Source of the DNA: a virus
Lineage: Duplodnaviria > Caudoviricetes
DNA length: 28,215 nucleotides
IMG/VR virus record: IMGVR_UViG_3300034062_002237
Coordinates: 1 to 28,215 of that record
Reading direction: 5' to 3' (one strand)
Below, piece by piece: positions 6,921 to 14,533 of this stretch. The first letter of the stretch is position 1; every line of letters begins with the position of its first letter. The notes under the pieces are model-generated. The model saw only the letters and a program-made list of their open reading frames with translations. It was not told the origin of the DNA and searched no databases. Position numbers and translations under genes: made by a program.

Positions 6921-6986
6921 GGGGGAGAGAATTGGATTCGACGAACGGCCATGCCTTCGCACTCGGTTTCGATACCGACTCCTCCA
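6921..6986 (+). ncRNA. mini tmRNA-like RNA: tRNA-like domain only
   Basis: acceptor stem GGGGGAG/CTCCTCC with G3-U70 and discriminator A; GGATTCGAC tmRNA D-loop signature; short helix CGAA-c-GGC(CAT)GCC-TTCG; T-arm TCGGT-TTCGAT-ACCGA. Confidence 0.75.
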
Positions 6987-6992
6987 GATTTT

Positions 6993-7428
6993 GACTCCTG
7001 CCATTTTAGACGCAAGTTCATGGTGGACATCAGGGGTCTCGCTGCGGTCATTGAGGGCATCAATGTGAGTAAAGCGTTCCGGCGGGTTCGCATCACGGGG
7101 ATGAGCGACCTGAGCCGTAGCTCCATTTTTTCACGTTCCTGTGTCGGACGAAGTATTCGCAGAACGCAGATTGGGAACTCCCGACGAGCAAGTATCCGTA
7201 GAAAAGTGCGAAAGGACATCAACACGGATAGCCGCGCCGATGCGATGATGCTCTGTGTGGCCACACAACATCTAGCTCGGAAGAAAGTCCCCAAGGACAT
7301 CCAGCCATAATTTTTGTTGGGCAGCGTGACAACTTCACGGCCAGTTCAGCCCTCTACATCCTCGTGATGAATGGCGTCTGGCGGGACGGGCGGGGCATGA
7401 GCCTCTTAGACTCCCGAAAGCCCCATGC
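6993..7428 (+). ncRNA. putative structured RNA(s) downstream of the mini-tmRNA
   Basis: GC-richer than flanks; helices GACTCCTG/CAGGGGTC, CATTGA/TCAATG, GTCGG/CCGAC, TATCCGT/ACGGATA, CGTGA/TCACG, GGGGC/GCCCC; the ORFs in both directions look spurious. Confidence 0.5.
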
Positions 7429-7456
7429 TTGACTTTTATTTGTTTCTATATAAAAT
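7429..7456 (+). promoter_or_regulatory. sigma70-type promoter of the HNH gene
   Basis: TTGACT-N16-TAAAAT, 8 nt before ATG 7465. Confidence 0.55.
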
Positions 7457-7464
7457 ATTCAGAA

Positions 7465-8118
7465 ATGAAACTATTAAAAGTTGCAACAGGAATGCCGCTC
7501 GGAACCTTTAAACACGGAGACAATCACCCAATCCATGGAGAAAAAAGAAAATTTTACAAATATTCAAACGGAAAAGAGCTTTGGTATAAAAAAGAAACAT
7601 TTGAAGAATATTTAAAAAAACAAAGGCGAAATTCAAAAATATACAATAAGCGATTAAGAGAAACGAATTACAAAAAATATATAAACAATAAAAAGAAATA
7701 TCGAAACAAAGTTAAGTCAGCAATTTATAATCGCTTGTGGAGGCAAAAAAACAAAGAAAAATACAATGCCAACATGAGAGAATATTATAAAAGAAAAAAA
7801 CAAGAGCCTCAATATCGAATAAAATTAAATCTGCGATCAAGACTCAAAGATGCATTAAAAAGATCATTTTCCGGGAAGCCGTCGCTGTCATTGGTTGGAT
7901 GTTCTATTGAATTTCTAAAAAAACACTTGGAATCAAAGTGGACTGATGGAATGTCTTGGGAAAATTACGGAAAGTGGCATATTGACCACATACTGCCATG
8001 CAGTAGTTTTAATTTAACAATTCCAGCCCAACAAGAGAAATGCTTTAACTGGAAAAATCTTCAGCCGTTGTGGGCGAAAGACAACATTAAGAAGGGCGCA
8101 AAAATTTTGACCACATAG
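7465..8118 (+). CDS. HNH endonuclease (free-standing, homing-type)
   Basis: GMSWENYGKWHIDHILPC...NLQPLWAKDNIKKG; very basic N-terminus; AT-rich relative to neighbours; ATG 7465 preferred over TTG 7429. Confidence 0.85.
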   Translation: MKLLKVATGMPLGTFKHGDNHPIHGEKRKFYKYSNGKELWYKKETFEEYLKKQRRNSKIYNKRLRETNYKKYINNKKKYRNKVKSAIYNRLWRQKNKEKYNANMREYYKRKKQEPQYRIKLNLRSRLKDALKRSFSGKPSLSLVGCSIEFLKKHLESKWTDGMSWENYGKWHIDHILPCSSFNLTIPAQQEKCFNWKNLQPLWAKDNIKKGAKILTT

Positions 8119-8153
8119 CGCACTCCGTTCCCAACAAATTTTTTAAAAAAAGA

Positions 8154-8182
8154 TTGAACGTTTGTGGTTAATCTGTGTCTAT
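8154..8182 (+). promoter_or_regulatory. repeated phage promoter, copy 6 (TTGAAC-N17-GTCTAT)
   Basis: 17-nt spacer; 8 nt upstream of ATG 8191. Confidence 0.8.
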
Positions 8183-8190
8183 TGACTCGT

Positions 8191-8727
8191 ATGAAAAACC
8201 ACACTAATCCTAGTCAAACAGTTAAAATCCTCAATTACCTTCTCAAAGGTAAATCAATCACACCGCTTGAAGCGTTAAGCCGTTTTAAGTGTTTCCGACT
8301 GGCATCCAGAATCAACGAAATCAAACGCTCTGGCATTAAAATCAGCAAAGAAATCGTTTCCAGAAATGGCAAACGCTATGCGAAATATTCGATTGCCAAA
8401 AAAATCAAAGCAGCAGCAATGCTTTTGATTTTTGTTTGTGGCGCAGCCCAAGCACAAGAAACAATCAACTACAGCGGATATTCGTATAATACTGGTTACG
8501 GGAACAATTCTCCAACATATAACTATGGAACAGCAACCGTGACACAGCCAGATTCCACGGCAAAAAGAACACAAGCATTGGTTGATAACATTGTCAGAGA
8601 CTCTCAGGCTCGCACAGCAGAAGCCTATCGCCAATTGGATGCAAGCCGCGCACAACGGCAGCTTGAGTATCAAACACAAGAACTTCAAAAGCAGACAAAA
8701 CTTTTGCAAAAATTGGCCAACCAATGA
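8191..8727 (+). CDS. winged-HTH domain fused to a signal-peptide-like segment and a polar C-terminal domain
   Basis: ILNYLLKGKSITPLEAL..F.CFRLASRINEIK winged-helix pattern, then KKIKAAAMLLIFVCGAAQA-Q; start set by promoter position. Confidence 0.75.
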   Translation: MKNHTNPSQTVKILNYLLKGKSITPLEALSRFKCFRLASRINEIKRSGIKISKEIVSRNGKRYAKYSIAKKIKAAAMLLIFVCGAAQAQETINYSGYSYNTGYGNNSPTYNYGTATVTQPDSTAKRTQALVDNIVRDSQARTAEAYRQLDASRAQRQLEYQTQELQKQTKLLQKLANQ

Positions 8728-9368
8728 ACTATCTTAACGTAAACATTCCGTTTTTCTTTGCATTCTTGGACAAAGGATTCTTTTATGACCTTGAGCCAAG
8801 CGTGACAAGAGAAAGAGTTGTTGTAGAAGTTTTCGCCTACACGTCAATACCCCAAAGGTGCGGAATGTTTAGCGTTATGACCGAATACGGCTCACAACAC
8901 GCCAGAGTTCCAATTCAATATCTCCATACAGATGAAACGGGTGGCAGCAACTACCCTCTGGACTGGATTCAGCTATGGGACTCCATGAGCTACTACTGCT
9001 CGGTCAACATCTTGGACTACTGCAAAAACCGCGCAGCCAACATTATGTTGAAGAACAAGTCTTTTGAAAAAGCCCAATACATGTTCACCTTGGATTGGTG
9101 CTTGGGGCCACATTATACCTCTGGGTATGGAGAGATGGCGGCTGGCCACAAATGCGGCCATGTGTTTGCTGGAGACGGGCAATACTTTATCCAGCCAAAT
9201 AATCGCGTGTTATGGATGGACGGCGGTTCATTTATTGCCAAGAAATTTGACACCAAGCCAGACTGGAAAGTATTCAGCCAAGAGTTTAGCTGTGAACGCA
9301 CAGGCAGCAGGTGGGTAAGCGAAAGCGAGGAGGAACTATGGTTTTACGACTTCAAAGAGCAGGGATAG
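8724..9368 (+). CDS. conserved phage hypothetical protein
   Basis: YLNVNIP, IQLWD, YMFTLDW, HKCGH and QPNNRVLW motifs, recalled from aquatic phage proteins; ATGA overlap. Confidence 0.8.
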   Translation: MNYLNVNIPFFFAFLDKGFFYDLEPSVTRERVVVEVFAYTSIPQRCGMFSVMTEYGSQHARVPIQYLHTDETGGSNYPLDWIQLWDSMSYYCSVNILDYCKNRAANIMLKNKSFEKAQYMFTLDWCLGPHYTSGYGEMAAGHKCGHVFAGDGQYFIQPNNRVLWMDGGSFIAKKFDTKPDWKVFSQEFSCERTGSRWVSESEEELWFYDFKEQG

Positions 9369-9625
9369 GAATAGCAATACTTATTGCTAACGGTTGTGTT
9401 TCTTATCCACGGCCCTATCCTTGGAACTTCCCCCCAGCCCATGAATGGAACGCGCCACTTGAAACCAGTTGGGTCAATCTTGTTGATAACTGGCGAAAAT
9501 TGACAACTCCAAGCAATAAGGTCTATTGCGAAATCACAAAATCTTACCAGCCCGATTTTGGCTACGAGATAGAAAAACTCAAGGCTCTTGATCGGGATTT
9601 GGAAGAGCATGAACTATATCAATAA
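9338..9625 (+). CDS. putative lipoprotein
   Basis: GGAGG SD before ATG 9338; MVLRLQRAGIGIAILIANG-C lipobox-like signal. Confidence 0.6.
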   Translation: MVLRLQRAGIGIAILIANGCVSYPRPYPWNFPPAHEWNAPLETSWVNLVDNWRKLTTPSNKVYCEITKSYQPDFGYEIEKLKALDRDLEEHELYQ

Positions 9626-9926
9626 TCCAACCCAACTTCCTAGCATCCCTACCATTAGCATGAACCCAATCATGGCACTCACGACACAAAGCGGCAAAAT
9701 ATTCGTATTTACACAACCATTGACCCACCCTGCCAGCCTTATGGTGTATGTCAGTGCTCTTTTTGTTTTTGCAACGCTCGCATTGTGGATGGAGAGCAAG
9801 ATACGCACCCTTTACCTTATCATACTCACGATATTGCTTTGCGCGTTTTGGGGATGCTCCCCGCAACCTGCCGCCTCTTTTTAAAGGAGTTTTTGAACGA
9901 AGTGGAGTTTTTCTTGTCAAATACAT
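9579..9926 (-). CDS. small HNH nuclease (Zn-binding)
   Basis: RKTPLRSKTPLKR N-terminus; CERC..STDIHH...LCRECHDWVH. Confidence 0.8.
   Translation of the reverse strand: MYLTRKTPLRSKTPLKRGGRLRGASPKRAKQYREYDKVKGAYLALHPQCERCKNKKSTDIHHKAGRVGQWLCKYEYFAALCRECHDWVHANGRDARKLGWIIDIVHALPNPDQEP
9893..9921 (+). promoter_or_regulatory. repeated phage promoter, copy 7 (TTGAAC-N17-GTCAAA)
   Basis: 9 nt upstream of ATG 9931; embedded antisense in the HNH N-terminal codons. Confidence 0.75.
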
Positions 9927-9930
9927 AACG

Positions 9931-10155
9931 ATGAATAATTTAAATTTTGTATCTGAACCAATCGTGTGGCACGACTACGGCGATGAAAAGCCAAATGTAG
10001 CTGGAGTTTACATCATTGCCAACGAAAATTGCAACCCTCCATTTAGGACGGCATGTTATTATGATCCCTATTACGGTTGGAGTGGAGTTGGCCACGTTCT
10101 TGAAAAATTGATTAAATATTGGGCGGAGTTTCCTAAATGTCCAAATTCAAAGTAG
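9931..10155 (+). CDS. DUF551-like small phage protein
   Basis: W...DEKP..G.Y...IKYWAEFPKCP pattern; start set by promoter. Confidence 0.65.
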   Translation: MNNLNFVSEPIVWHDYGDEKPNVAGVYIIANENCNPPFRTACYYDPYYGWSGVGHVLEKLIKYWAEFPKCPNSK

Positions 10156-10364
10156 TATTAACGGTCATATCAACAGATTCCGTGTCCCCGTGTCCTGTTG
10201 GGCCAAGATTTAGAAGGGGCTTACCAATGCCGATGGAAAACATTTACCAAGAGCGCGGAGGATATTATTTTGACCCAGCAACAGAGATTGAAGCGGCACA
10301 AAATTTAGCAGAAAGCCTTGAGAGATACCTTAACGATCATAGCAACAAAAAGAAAAGAAAATGA
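10137..10364 (+). CDS. hypothetical protein
   Basis: overlaps both neighbours in the operon. Confidence 0.65.
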   Translation: MSKFKVVLTVISTDSVSPCPVGPRFRRGLPMPMENIYQERGGYYFDPATEIEAAQNLAESLERYLNDHSNKKKRK

Positions 10365-11338
10365 ATATTGTATTTGCATATCATAACGGAGATGTTGAGC
10401 TTGCCATTGAGTCAGCCAAATCCATCAAATCAATAGGGGCAAACATAAGGCATAAAGCCACCATCTGTTGCCCAGCCGAAACCAAAGAAGTAGATCAAAT
10501 TTCGGGAATCCTAAAAGAATGTTTTGTGGATGTTGGCAGGATTGTGGCACAAGATGGATTTAATGGTTGGCCGCTTGGCCCAAATCAGATGTTTGTGGAC
10601 GCCGCTGTTGAATGTTACTCCAAGGGAGAGCCTTGGTATTTTTGGGAGCCAGATTGTGTTCCCGTAAAAGCTGGATGGTGCGACATCTTGCAAGACGAAT
10701 ACGCCAAGAACCCTTCAATCCTTGGGTGCATGTATAATGAGGGGACAACCACCGGAGGGAAAAAAGTTCACAAGCTAATTGTGGGTAGCGCGATTTATCC
10801 GCCAAACTTTTTTGATTATTGCCCCTTGGCGAGAAACTTAAATTCTTACAACCTGTCCTACCGATCTGCGGGGGTCGAGCCAGAACCTTGGGACGTGTAT
10901 TGCCGTTGGGAGTTTTTAAAAATAGCAAGAGACACGCCCCTGATTCGTGCGTATTGGAAAAGCGTGAACTATCAGAGGAAGGACGGCAAAATTGTGTTTT
11001 TTGCCGACAGTCCAGACGCGCAAGAAATACAAAACGTAACCTGTCCAGATCGCTTTGTGTCAATGGACGCTGTGGTTATCCACGGATGCAAAGACGGCTC
11101 GCTCCATAAAATGGTTCAGGAGGGACTTGCGAAAACTTCGGGTTCCGAAAATTTAAAGGGGTTCCCGAAGCCAGTTTCGGCAACCCTTAAAACGTCCAAA
11201 TCTGATTTGAAACCCAAAAAAGAAAAAAAGAAACGCCGCGTTATTTCAGATCAAGAGCGCGAGCGCAGAAGTGATCACATGAAAGCTGTGGCTGCAAAAC
11301 GCTGGGGCAAGCAAAATGTTCAGTCCCAAACTTCTTAA
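10361..11338 (+). CDS. putative GT-A-fold glycosyltransferase-like protein with a basic tail
   Basis: GWPLGPNQMF, WYFWEPDCVP (ExD acidic motif), late IHGCKDGSL; function inferred. Confidence 0.45.
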   Translation: MNIVFAYHNGDVELAIESAKSIKSIGANIRHKATICCPAETKEVDQISGILKECFVDVGRIVAQDGFNGWPLGPNQMFVDAAVECYSKGEPWYFWEPDCVPVKAGWCDILQDEYAKNPSILGCMYNEGTTTGGKKVHKLIVGSAIYPPNFFDYCPLARNLNSYNLSYRSAGVEPEPWDVYCRWEFLKIARDTPLIRAYWKSVNYQRKDGKIVFFADSPDAQEIQNVTCPDRFVSMDAVVIHGCKDGSLHKMVQEGLAKTSGSENLKGFPKPVSATLKTSKSDLKPKKEKKKRRVISDQERERRSDHMKAVAAKRWGKQNVQSQTS

Positions 11339-12629
11339 CCACCAACAGGTTCCAGCATCCCAACTTTTACGCGCCCTGCAAAACGGGACAAGAGAATGGG
11401 GATATGCTGGGGCTGTTGACATGAGCGAGGTTGGTATGGGGAAAACCTACTGCGACCTTGCTGCCGCCATTGAAACTGGACGCAGGGTTGCTGTGCTTTG
11501 TCCTGTTGTTGGCGTTGAGGGGTGGCACAAGGCGTTTTCTCACTTCGGGGCGGAGCCATACCACATTGGGTCTTACGAAGCCGTAAGGGGCAACTGGAGG
11601 CCCAGCATAGGACAGTTTGGCGACAGGTATTTCAAGTGGAACAACCCCAGCGATATTATCATTATTGCAGACGAGGCACAGATAACCCGAAACATGGACT
11701 CCATAACAACCGCCTGTATCGGTGGGGCCATAAAGCAAAACATACCAATAATTTGCGCCAGCGCAACGCTGGCTCTTTCTCCGCTTGAACTGCGTATTGC
11801 AGGAAGGATAACAGGCTTGCACTCTGGAGGAGATGACTGGATAAGGTTTATGTATGGCAATGGATGCCGATACAACCAAGACGAGGACAGGTGGTGGTGG
11901 GACAAAAGCTACACAGAAAAACTTGTCGCAATTCACAAGCAGCTTATTCCACAAAGAGGTTGCAGGATGAGAAAATCAGACCTTGGAAGCGAGTATGCAG
12001 GAACAACAATTGAAGTCCTTCCATTCATTGTTGAGGAGTTTTATGAGATTGAAAGAAAATGGGAGAAAGCCGACAAGCAAGCCAGATGGATGGAGTCCCA
12101 AGGAATAGACAGAAATATCATTATGAACGTTCGGCGCGGCAACAGAATGAAAGCGTGGAAAGCTTCAGAAATGGCCCTTGTTCCTCATGTCTGCAAAAGA
12201 ATCCAAGAAGACATAAAGTGTGGCAACTCTGTAGCCGCTTTCTTTTCTTTTACGGAAAGCAGGGAACTTGCTGGAAGCATCCTCGGAACAAAAGACGGCT
12301 TCTTTGGTGGTCAATCTCCAAAAAAACGAAAAGAACTTATCGAAAAATTTCAATTGAACGAAATACACATTCTCCTGTCTAACATCGGAGCGGGAGGCGC
12401 AAGCGTTAGCCTCCACGACACTACAGGAACCAGACCAAGAGTGAGCTACATATTTCCAACAGATCAACCAGTAAAAATGGGACAAGCCATTGGGCGAATT
12501 GATCGTTGTGGCGGAAAGACCCACGCAAGGCAATACATTCCGTGTATCGCGGGAGGGATGAGCCAATTCATGGTTGAGGGTTGCGCCAAAAAGCTTAGAC
12601 AGCTTCAAATACTTAATGACGGCCAATAA
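11316..12629 (+). CDS. superfamily 2 (SNF2-like) helicase
   Basis: Walker A EVGMGKT, Walker B IIADEAQ, motif III SAT, motif VI QAIGRIDR. Confidence 0.9.
   Translation: MFSPKLLNHQQVPASQLLRALQNGTREWGYAGAVDMSEVGMGKTYCDLAAAIETGRRVAVLCPVVGVEGWHKAFSHFGAEPYHIGSYEAVRGNWRPSIGQFGDRYFKWNNPSDIIIIADEAQITRNMDSITTACIGGAIKQNIPIICASATLALSPLELRIAGRITGLHSGGDDWIRFMYGNGCRYNQDEDRWWWDKSYTEKLVAIHKQLIPQRGCRMRKSDLGSEYAGTTIEVLPFIVEEFYEIERKWEKADKQARWMESQGIDRNIIMNVRRGNRMKAWKASEMALVPHVCKRIQEDIKCGNSVAAFFSFTESRELAGSILGTKDGFFGGQSPKKRKELIEKFQLNEIHILLSNIGAGGASVSLHDTTGTRPRVSYIFPTDQPVKMGQAIGRIDRCGGKTHARQYIPCIAGGMSQFMVEGCAKKLRQLQILNDGQ
12354..12382 (+). promoter_or_regulatory. repeated phage promoter, copy 8 (TTGAAC-N17-GTCTAA), internal to the helicase gene
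   Basis: full consensus, 250 nt upstream of dnaB. Confidence 0.65.
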
Positions 12630-12632
12630 TTT

Positions 12633-13946
12633 ATGAAAGAAATCATATACGAACAATCAGCCGAAGCCGCAACATTGTCATGCATTTGTCATGCACCGAC
12701 AGAGCTGCAAAAGGAAATGGTTGAAAAGATAAAAGAAGATCACTTTTATCTTAACGAACACAAGCTGATTTATCGTGCCGCGCTTCGACTTATTGCACAA
12801 AACTTACAAGCTGACTGGGTTACGATTATGAACGAGCTTGAGGCCCAACAACAGCTTGCATCTGTTGGGGGTCAACAAAAGATTGCGGAGATTGCAACCT
12901 TTTGTCCATCTCATACAAACTGGACAAGATACTATCCAAAGCTTGAGGATGCTCGCTATCGCCGTTCTTTGGAGGTTTTGGCATCCGACATGATTCATAA
13001 AGCGAGAGACAGGGAGATGACCCTTGACCAGCTTAAAAACTGGAGCGAAACAAGTGTTATGAAGGCTGACTTCATGCTTGATGACGGAGACAAACTTTCC
13101 ATTAAGTCCGCTGCTGACGCTGCCGTGTCAAACATTGAAGCTATTCTTCGCGGAGAACCAAGGCGTGGTGTATCTACCGGAATGAAAGAGATAGACAAAA
13201 TATTGGCCTTTGGGCTTCGCGGTGGGGACATGGCGGTTTTGGCGGCTCGTCCAAGCGTTGGCAAGTCTTCTGCTGCAATGCAGATTGCAGAGCATGTTGC
13301 GCTAGACCTTAAAAAGCGCGTGTTGATATTCTCTCTGGAGATGACCAGCGTTTCATTGATGGAAAGAATGATTCGTTCAAGGGCAAGAGTTCCGGTTGCC
13401 CATCTCTTGGCTCGCGCTGTAACCAACGATCAAAAGATGGCTTTGGCAAATGCCACTCAAGAAATCATTGATTCCAACATATTGTGCGATGACTCCTCTG
13501 GCCGAAGCATGGGATATATTAAGGCGGTATCCAGAAGGGCGCACCAGAAACAGCCAATAGACCTAATCGTTATAGATTACCTTCAGCTTATCCACGGAGA
13601 CTCAAAACGCGGAAAGGAAAACAGGGTTTGCGAAGTTGAAGAAATCAGCAATGGCGTTAAAGAATTGGCAAAGAGCTTGAACGTGCCAATTCTGATTTTG
13701 GCCCAACTAAACCGCGACCCAGAGAAGCGCAAGGGCAAGCCAAACATGGCAGACCTAAAAGGCTCTGGCGCAATTGAGCAAGATGCGGATATTGTCATTA
13801 TGATTCATAGGGACGATGAAGACCCAGAAAATCAGACACAGATGCCGTATGTAGAGTTTGTTGTTGCCAAACACAGAGACGGAGCCACGGATAGCTGTAA
13901 GATGCTATTCAACAAGCCAATCACAAGATTTCAAGATATTGGCTAA
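12633..13946 (+). CDS. dnaB: replicative DNA helicase DnaB
   Basis: LAARPSVGKS, FSLEM, IVIDYLQLI, LAQLNR, DLKGSGAIEQDAD. Confidence 0.96.
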   Translation: MKEIIYEQSAEAATLSCICHAPTELQKEMVEKIKEDHFYLNEHKLIYRAALRLIAQNLQADWVTIMNELEAQQQLASVGGQQKIAEIATFCPSHTNWTRYYPKLEDARYRRSLEVLASDMIHKARDREMTLDQLKNWSETSVMKADFMLDDGDKLSIKSAADAAVSNIEAILRGEPRRGVSTGMKEIDKILAFGLRGGDMAVLAARPSVGKSSAAMQIAEHVALDLKKRVLIFSLEMTSVSLMERMIRSRARVPVAHLLARAVTNDQKMALANATQEIIDSNILCDDSSGRSMGYIKAVSRRAHQKQPIDLIVIDYLQLIHGDSKRGKENRVCEVEEISNGVKELAKSLNVPILILAQLNRDPEKRKGKPNMADLKGSGAIEQDADIVIMIHRDDEDPENQTQMPYVEFVVAKHRDGATDSCKMLFNKPITRFQDIG

Positions 13947-14533
13947 ACTTTTTTCTTCCAACACCAATCGGGAAACTCTAAATTTTCTCCACCTTGAACA
14001 CTAACGGGCAAATGAACGCTAACAGAATTGTAGCATCCGCAAATCCCACAAGCTTTAAGCTGCGGGTCAAACGATGTTTTTCTTGCACCAGCAATGTGTG
14101 GAAGCATTCCAGCGATGCCCTTACATCCCCAACATCCAGCCGCCTCAATTTGGTGAGGGCAAGAAGCACAGATTTTAGCTCTCCGTTCAGCTTCTTCTTG
14201 TTCGACAAGTGAAAACTTTGCTTCTTTGGCAAACTTATACATTGCTGTAACCCATCTGGTAATTGCGCCGAATCCAAGGGTCTGTTTCACTTGAGAGCAT
14301 GGCTTGCAGAACTTGTAGCCGGGAAGTTCGTTGCAAATCGCGTTTTCAACCTCTCTTACTAAATCCGCTGGCGGCACAAGCCCAAGGGACATAATCGTTT
14401 TTGTGCATTCCTTTACAAGCTCCCCGAAGTCTGCCGCACGAACCATTATGTCCGTCATGGGGCAAATACAGCGAAAACCATTAGGAGGAACTGCTTCCTT
14501 TCTGCTTAGACAAAATTTAAGGGAATTACTCAT
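13943..14533 (-). CDS. Cys-rich hypothetical protein
   Basis: multiple CxxC motifs (CKPC, CASC, CWGC, CGIC); coupled to the upstream gene. Confidence 0.75.
   Translation of the reverse strand: MSNSLKFCLSRKEAVPPNGFRCICPMTDIMVRAADFGELVKECTKTIMSLGLVPPADLVREVENAICNELPGYKFCKPCSQVKQTLGFGAITRWVTAMYKFAKEAKFSLVEQEEAERRAKICASCPHQIEAAGCWGCKGIAGMLPHIAGARKTSFDPQLKACGICGCYNSVSVHLPVSVQGGENLEFPDWCWKKKV

Noticed and set aside
6921-6986. Ordinary tRNA-Met(CAT), or an attP fragment
   Set aside because: No D-stem; CAT sits in a 3-nt loop; alanine identity elements present; both 5' and 3' tmRNA ends are present, unlike an att remnant; no integrase in the window
6917-7310. ORFs 6951..7310(+) and 6917..7300(-)
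   Set aside because: Arg-rich, non-protein-like, and overlapping the tmRNA-like element
7226-7310. RNase P RNA-like start (GGATAGCCGC-hairpin-GAAGAAAGTCC)
   Set aside because: Resembles conserved region I, but no downstream P4 partner or CR-V (ACAGAAnnCGGCTTA) was found
7360-7428. Hammerhead ribozyme (GTGATGA...CGAAA)
   Set aside because: Core is GTGATGA rather than CTGANGA, and no UH cleavage triplet is positioned against stem III
6990-8140. Group I intron or HEARO/IscB element containing the HNH
   Set aside because: No P7 core sequences, no interrupted host gene, no PLMP or RuvC motifs
9588-9884. 98-aa hydrophobic plus-strand ORF
   Set aside because: Shadow of the minus-strand HNH, which has clear motifs; cannot be fully excluded
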